A stretch of DNA of 59,244 bases from a virus (Duplodnaviria; Caudoviricetes): IMG/VR virus record IMGVR_UViG_3300033067_002000, positions 1-59,244 of that record, one strand, 5' to 3'. The stretch's first letter is position 1. Every line of letters begins with the position of its first letter. Made by a program: the position numbers and the translations under genes. Shown here piece by piece: positions 54,593 to 59,244 of the stretch. The notes under the pieces are model-generated. The model was given only the letters and a program-made list of their open reading frames with translations. It did no database searches and had not been told where the DNA came from.

Positions 54593-54920
54593 GGTCTAGG
54601 ACCTTCCGGTAGATCCAACGTTTCAAGGCCTCGAAACCACGGTGCGTCTTCGGGCCTGATACTACCCGGACATAAACCGGATACCCGCGCCACAGGCCGT
54701 TGGCGCAGTTGAGGCGCATGAACTCCCGCCACGCGTCTCCGCACACATCCAACTCCAGATGAATCGCCGTGCGCACATGAGTGGTGTGCGTACCGACTTG
54801 CGCCCGTGAGTACCACGCGTGACAACGGGCTTCCCGGATCAACGCAGCGAGCGCAACGTGCGGTGAAGTCACGGCCCATACCTCCGTACATGCTCCCGAC
54901 GAATGTGGCAGTTCGCGCAA
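54579..54920 (-). CDS. Hypothetical protein (start uncertain)
   Basis: Fills the gap downstream of the HNH gene. Confidence 0.35.
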   Translation of the reverse strand: MRELPHSSGACTEVWAVTSPHVALAALIREARCHAWYSRAQVGTHTTHVRTAIHLELDVCGDAWREFMRLNCANGLWRGYPVYVRVVSGPKTHRGFEALKRWIYRKVLDLTRE

Positions 54921-55180
54921 ACGACCTCACACTTGGCCATCTCAGCGCGCACGAGATGGACGGGAATCTTGCCCATTCGAGCCTCCGACAGGTTGAAGCA
55001 CTTGCGCTTGCCTGGGAGGTGATCGAACTGCATCACAAAGGACGGGAACCAACCCCCACAGTCGGAGCAGGGCTTGGTCTTGGCGTTGTCCAGCTCCCTG
55101 CGAACTTGATCCCGCAGCATGCGACGCGCCAAGCGCAGGCTGTACTGAGGGACGTAGTCGAGGTCGATTCGTACTGCCAC
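54869..55180 (-). CDS. HNH endonuclease (start uncertain)
   Basis: PCSDCG...QFDH...KCEVVCANCH. Confidence 0.8.
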   Translation of the reverse strand: MAVRIDLDYVPQYSLRLARRMLRDQVRRELDNAKTKPCSDCGGWFPSFVMQFDHLPGKRKCFNLSEARMGKIPVHLVRAEMAKCEVVCANCHIRREHVRRYGP

Positions 55181-55190
55181 GCGAACAAGT

Positions 55191-55976
55191 TTACGGCGTG
55201 AACGCCGAAATAGCAGCGGACTGCACCCAGACCGAGCCTTGCAGAGCTGCGTCGACGGCAATAGCCTGCCACGGCATCACCGGGATGTTGATGTCGCGCG
55301 AGGCCACGCGGAAGGGAGACGCCAACGTTTCCGTGTGGATCAGCGTCCCCTGCCCTGCGATCGGTACAAGGGCCTTATCGACGTTCACAAGCTGAAATGT
55401 GATCGCACCCACGCCGCTGAGCGTGCCGCCCACGGAGAGCAGGCGCCAGGGGCGGTCCTGATCGAAGTAGAAGAGCCCCGCGCTCGTACCGTCCGGGGCC
55501 GTGAAGCGCGGCTGGGTGTAGCCGAGGCTCACGTCGGCGTCGAGACCCCCCGCAAGGTCGACAGGTGCCAGGGCGGCGGCGATCGTAGCGTTGGTGACGT
55601 TGCCGGCCCAAAAGGCGGGACTGTCGACACCGAAACCGACACAGTTGATGGCGTTGACCACTTCCACGGCGTCGGCCGTGATGGTGCTCGCAGTTTTGCG
55701 CAACAACACCACGAGCGTGCGCGTGCCCTTGTCGTACGTGGCTGTCGTTTTCGCTACGACGAGGCCGGCTGGGGCGTCCATCTGAAACTTGAACCGTGCC
55801 CCCACACTCCCGTTTCCGTCGGCGCCTGGCTGTGGGAACCTCACCCGGAACGCCGCGCCACCAGCGCTGTAGTTGTAGATGGCGTACCCGAGGGCGGAGC
55901 CGTTGAAGACACCCGCACCCGACACCGTTTGCTGAAGGGTGTAGACGCCGCCCGGGAGGAAGATGACACGTGCCAT
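55191..55976 (-). CDS. Virion structural protein, paralog of 52703..53503
   Basis: QQ.VSG.G..NG...G, V.LR......A.EVV.AIN and AG.F.F shared; TAGCCT-N7-ATG start. Confidence 0.7.
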   Translation of the reverse strand: MARVIFLPGGVYTLQQTVSGAGVFNGSALGYAIYNYSAGGAAFRVRFPQPGADGNGSVGARFKFQMDAPAGLVVAKTTATYDKGTRTLVVLLRKTASTITADAVEVVNAINCVGFGVDSPAFWAGNVTNATIAAALAPVDLAGGLDADVSLGYTQPRFTAPDGTSAGLFYFDQDRPWRLLSVGGTLSGVGAITFQLVNVDKALVPIAGQGTLIHTETLASPFRVASRDINIPVMPWQAIAVDAALQGSVWVQSAAISAFTP

Positions 55977-56156
55977 GAGGGCAAGGCTAAGGCTTCTGTT
56001 GCTGTCGCTGTTCCTGTTCCCGTCGCCACTGGTTCTCCCAATACCGCTGTTCGAACTGCCAATCCCGCCAACCTACGTAGCCTGCCCGGATCGTAGGGAG
56101 CAACATCAACACAACCGCAGTCCCGAAGCCTAAAAAGAACATGAGATTTCCTAGCC

Positions 56157-56192
56157 AAAAAGAGGGGAAGCCCCGGTTACCCGGGGCTCCTT
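56157..56192 (-). terminator. Rho-independent terminator
   Basis: Minus strand AGCCCCGG-GTAA-CCGGGGCT followed by TCCCCTCTTTTT, just after the stop at 56197. Confidence 0.8.
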
Positions 56193-56196
56193 GAGG

Positions 56197-56529
56197 TTAG
56201 AGAAGATGAAGGGCGCGGAGGCTCCAGGTCGTCAGGCTCAGGCAGAGCGAGAACGTTACGTAACCGGGCAACCCCTCCACACGGTAGAGCGCCTTAATCA
56301 AGGCAGAGTAGAGGGCGGCCGAAAGGCACCATGCCGCGACGAGGACGTGATTCGCATCAACGAGATGCACAACGTCCAAGAAGATCGCAAAGCCGATAGA
56401 GGCCAGGACGATACCCAAGAAACGTACGGCGACCGTGACCCACCCGGTCTTCTGTTCTGTATGCACCACGACTCCGAAGGTCATGAAGATGACCAAGAGC
56501 GTGATCGTACCTTGCGAGAACCGGCTCAC
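56197..56529 (-). CDS. Small four-TM membrane protein
   Basis: Four hydrophobic segments; GTGA coupling to groES. Confidence 0.6.
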   Translation of the reverse strand: MSRFSQGTITLLVIFMTFGVVVHTEQKTGWVTVAVRFLGIVLASIGFAIFLDVVHLVDANHVLVAAWCLSAALYSALIKALYRVEGLPGYVTFSLCLSLTTWSLRALHLL

Positions 56530-56798
56530 GTGCTCACGTACTTGCAGAACACCTCCGCCTCAGTCATCGAGACGAGCTTCTCCCCGTCCGCCTCGATCGG
56601 CGTGCCGGAGTACTTGCCGAAGATGACGTTGTCGCCGACCTTGAGGCCCTTCACATCGGGCCCAGCGGACAAAACGACGCCCTTGTCCGGGCGCTGATCG
56701 ACGTTGCCGGGGATGATGATGCCGCCAGGGGACTTCTCCTCCACGGTTTCGACCTTGATGATGACGCGGTCATTGAGCGATTCGAACTGAATGGGCAT
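56526..56798 (-). CDS. groES: Co-chaperonin GroES
   Basis: SLNDRVII...EKSPGGIIIP...G.VLSAGP...LKVGDNVIFGKYSG; AAGGAG SD. Confidence 0.93.
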   Translation of the reverse strand: MPIQFESLNDRVIIKVETVEEKSPGGIIIPGNVDQRPDKGVVLSAGPDVKGLKVGDNVIFGKYSGTPIEADGEKLVSMTEAEVFCKYVST

Positions 56799-56821
56799 GA
56801 CAGTCTCCTTGCGATGGATGT

Positions 56822-57658
56822 TCAACGATTCGAACTGAGACGTCCAGTGACCGACCCAGCGGCTTGAAGCTTGCGGATTCCCTTCACGAAGCCGCGCGGC
56901 GCAAGGACGAGGGTGTTGGGGACGGCGTCGTACTCTTCGAGCAGCTTGTCCAGGTCCTCGGAGACTTTGTCCGTCGCGAAGTCGTGCGGCAACGCGTCGT
57001 CGAAGATCTTGTAGACCTTTTCTTGGAGCTCTTCTTTCTTGCGCGCGGCGTCGTCCATGGACTTGTGGATCCTGGCCAGTTCCGCCTTCGCGTTGGCGAG
57101 CAGGTCGGGCACAACGCAAGTGGCGAGGTACTCGTCGGCATCATCGACCTGACCAATAGAATCTGTGCACTTCACGTTGCTCTCGCCATCGGTGATTGTG
57201 CACTTCACAAACCACATCACCCGCTGACCACTACCGTAATCCTCCAACAGCTCGATGTCCTCCTTGATGTCCTTGCGTACAAAACAATCAGCCTCCGTTC
57301 GGCCGAAGTTCGCGCGCCGGTATTCTTCGACGCGTTCGGCGTACGTACGCACCAACTCAATGAGTTGGTACTCGCGCTGTGGGGGCTTCGGCCACCGAGG
57401 TACGGTTCGGTCGCTGGCCTTGTCGGTGAACTTCCCCAACCAGGAGAGATCCACGTCCTGTTCTTCCTCGCGTGTCACGGAGATGGTGAGGGCGCCTTCT
57501 GACCACTCACAGCGGTTGTTCACCCAGTTCAGCGGGAGAGGCTCTCGCTCCGGCTCTCGCTCCGGCTCTCGTGAGAAGAACTTCGTCCAGCCCAGGTGCC
57601 TGGCGGCCGTCATCCATCGGGCGTAGAGCGCGGGGTCAATGTCCTTGAGGGTTTTCAT
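56822..57658 (-). CDS. Hypothetical protein with REPE repeat
   Basis: ATGA coupling with the upstream ORF; 12-bp tandem repeat near 57540-57570. Confidence 0.6.
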   Translation of the reverse strand: MKTLKDIDPALYARWMTAARHLGWTKFFSREPEREPEREPLPLNWVNNRCEWSEGALTISVTREEEQDVDLSWLGKFTDKASDRTVPRWPKPPQREYQLIELVRTYAERVEEYRRANFGRTEADCFVRKDIKEDIELLEDYGSGQRVMWFVKCTITDGESNVKCTDSIGQVDDADEYLATCVVPDLLANAKAELARIHKSMDDAARKKEELQEKVYKIFDDALPHDFATDKVSEDLDKLLEEYDAVPNTLVLAPRGFVKGIRKLQAAGSVTGRLSSNR

Positions 57659-58128
57659 GTGAACGCCTTCTTCGGGTTGATCTGGTACGAGCAGTACGCA
57701 GGCACTGCTCGCCATGATTTCTCCACCGGTACGATCTTGCCGATGGCGTCGCCAATAGCCTCTCGCATCTTGTCAGCGAGCAGCACATACGTTGCCCGCG
57801 TAGACTCGATCTTGATCTCGAACGCGGGCTTGCCGTAAGGGTCCGTAGGGATCTTGATGGCGGCGATGGCCGCCTGCATCACGAGCAAGTCCATCGCGAA
57901 GAGTTCTTCGTACGGCGGGACTTGAACAGCCTGCGCCAGAACCACCACGCAGTCTTTCGTTGGGTTCCCTGCGTAGTCGAGCACCACGCGACGCGGCACC
58001 CCATTGTCGTCGGGGATCTCGACCTCAGTCCCGGCCCAGTAGCACTTGTTCCAGATCGCGTCGGGACCCGGCCGAACGACACGACGGAGCCACTTTTCGA
58101 GCGACGTAGGTTTGTCGGTTTTGTACAT
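57655..58128 (-). CDS. Hypothetical protein
   Basis: Start MYKTD placed just downstream of the terminator-like hairpin. Confidence 0.55.
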   Translation of the reverse strand: MYKTDKPTSLEKWLRRVVRPGPDAIWNKCYWAGTEVEIPDDNGVPRRVVLDYAGNPTKDCVVVLAQAVQVPPYEELFAMDLLVMQAAIAAIKIPTDPYGKPAFEIKIESTRATYVLLADKMREAIGDAIGKIVPVEKSWRAVPAYCSYQINPKKAFT

Positions 58129-58142
58129 GTTGTTCTTTCTTG

Positions 58143-58190
58143 AGAAAAGAAAACAACCCCAAGACCTTTCACAGCCTTGGGGTTGTTTTG
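58143..58190 (-). terminator. Rho-independent terminator (possibly bidirectional)
   Basis: 14-bp perfect inverted repeat AAAACAACCCCAAG/CTTGGGGTTGTTTT plus a T-rich tail. Confidence 0.8.
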
Positions 58191-58658
58191 TTAGTACCAG
58201 GTCTTGGGGCGGAAGAACCAAGACTGCTCGGCGTACCACTTCGCTACTTGCTGCCGAGTACCGTTGGCCCTCCCGCACCTCATGTTGTATGGGTCGATCT
58301 TCGTCCAGTAGTACGACCACATGTCTTCGAGAGTTGTATAGTAGAAAGGCGGTTGTGCGCCTTGGAAGTCGAGCGCGCCCGTCTGCGGATCGCGCCGCTC
58401 CAGTACGTACCTATTGCTGCTGTGGAAGGTGTTCACAGGGCAATAGGTGTACTGGTTTCGTTCTTGGAGTTCTTGCTGCTTGCGCAGCAAGTAGTCCTCC
58501 AGCTTCTTGCGACGCTTGGTTGGGTCCGCTGCGCCATGGTGATCAGCTACGACTCCGTGACCGTACCCCAGGTTTCGGGCGTGCGCATGGTGCACGCAGC
58601 TCAACAGGTCATTGAGCTGCGCCTCGGTCACTTCAAGCAGGATGCGCTTGGTGGCCAT
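58191..58658 (-). CDS. Hypothetical protein
   Basis: TGATG coupling to the upstream Cys-rich gene. Confidence 0.6.
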   Translation of the reverse strand: MATKRILLEVTEAQLNDLLSCVHHAHARNLGYGHGVVADHHGAADPTKRRKKLEDYLLRKQQELQERNQYTYCPVNTFHSSNRYVLERRDPQTGALDFQGAQPPFYYTTLEDMWSYYWTKIDPYNMRCGRANGTRQQVAKWYAEQSWFFRPKTWY

Positions 58659-59242
58659 CAGACCCCACACACGTTCTGCGTGTTACAACGCCCAGCCCAA
58701 CACACGTTGCCCGCGCAGCACGGCTGCCCGAGCTGCCCGCACTGGCACAGGCCGCCCCCATTGCAGGAGAAGCCCGTATTGCAGGTGCCGCCGTAACCCA
58801 CAGGACGCGCCAGGCCGCCGTCGTCGCGAACGATCGTGCCGACGCCCCCGCAGCACGGTTGGCCAGGGCCGCCACAACCCGTGCACATGTTGAACGTACC
58901 TCCCGAGATGATGCAGGTGTTGCCCGGGTTGCAAGAAGCGCCCGTTGCCGTCTGGCAGCAGCGGTCGTCTTGACCCCCGCAGCGAACGCACGAACCGCTT
59001 CGGCACACACCGCCGCCGCAGCCCACACCATCCGCCACGTTCACGATGCCGCAGCGACCTTCTGTACAGGTGGCAGCCTGGCACTCGTTGGTCGCTGCGG
59101 GGCAACGGATGCAGGCGGAGTTGAGGCCGCACTGCTCGGGTGACGCGGCGACGCAAGTGGAGCCGAGGAAGCAACCCGAGGTGCAAGGCGTGGAGGCTGC
59201 GTCGGTTTCAGTGTTACCGGCGTCGGCTGTCGCTTCTTTGGT
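58658..59242 (-). CDS. Cys-rich repeat protein of myxobacterial lipoprotein type; 5' end outside the window
   Basis: Frame is open to the right edge (...ADAGNTETDAASTPCTSGC...); CGGPGQPCC and CGQLGQPCC repeats. Confidence 0.7.
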   Translation of the reverse strand, partial: TKEATADAGNTETDAASTPCTSGCFLGSTCVAASPEQCGLNSACIRCPAATNECQAATCTEGRCGIVNVADGVGCGGGVCRSGSCVRCGGQDDRCCQTATGASCNPGNTCIISGGTFNMCTGCGGPGQPCCGGVGTIVRDDGGLARPVGYGGTCNTGFSCNGGGLCQCGQLGQPCCAGNVCWAGRCNTQNVCGV

Positions 59243-59244
59243 GT

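Noticed and set aside
55841-56158. 105-aa minus-strand ORF
   Set aside because: Starts within the terminator tail and overlaps the next gene; no SD or motif.
45906-56162. AGCC(A/T)AAAA motif at 45906, 56127 and 56153
   Set aside because: Three short low-complexity hits, one of them a terminator tail; too weak without more sequence.
1-59244. tRNA/rRNA genes, alternative genetic code, terminase
   Set aside because: None recognised by eye; ORFs tile well in the standard code. tRNAscan-SE and Infernal were not run.

Overview
This GC-rich window is part of a large tailed (myovirus-type, probably jumbo) phage or prophage genome. All assignments are motif-based and made by eye; no database searches were run. 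The left end (minus strand) carries ParB-like, PD-(D/E)XK nuclease and SNF2 helicase genes. A long plus-strand virion region follows: a portal, a bacterial-type multisubunit RNA polymerase (beta fused to the N-half of beta', with two inteins; C-half of beta' separate), a Tad2/DUF2829-like gene, a ferritin-like gene, about 15 unknown head-region genes, a prohead protease, decoration and major capsid proteins, neck, sheath, tube and spike. The right part mixes amidase, thymidine kinase, InPase-like, permuted papain-like, HExxH, HNH, GroES and a myxobacterial-type Cys-rich protein. Strongest candidate novel system: a K-x-A(S/G) motif saturates the presumed head-internal proteins. It ends a shared N-terminal leader on dispersed cargo proteins and also occurs in the RNAP, which suggests a capsid-targeting and protease-maturation system for injected effectors. 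Other highlights: an intein starting with Phe right after the catalytic DYDGD, a TANNNT-N6-9-start leaderless promoter pattern at 13 genes, a second motif-hairpin-SD promoter candidate, and a hidden 16-aa antisense peptide upstream of the RNAP gene. No tRNA, rRNA or CRISPR array was seen.
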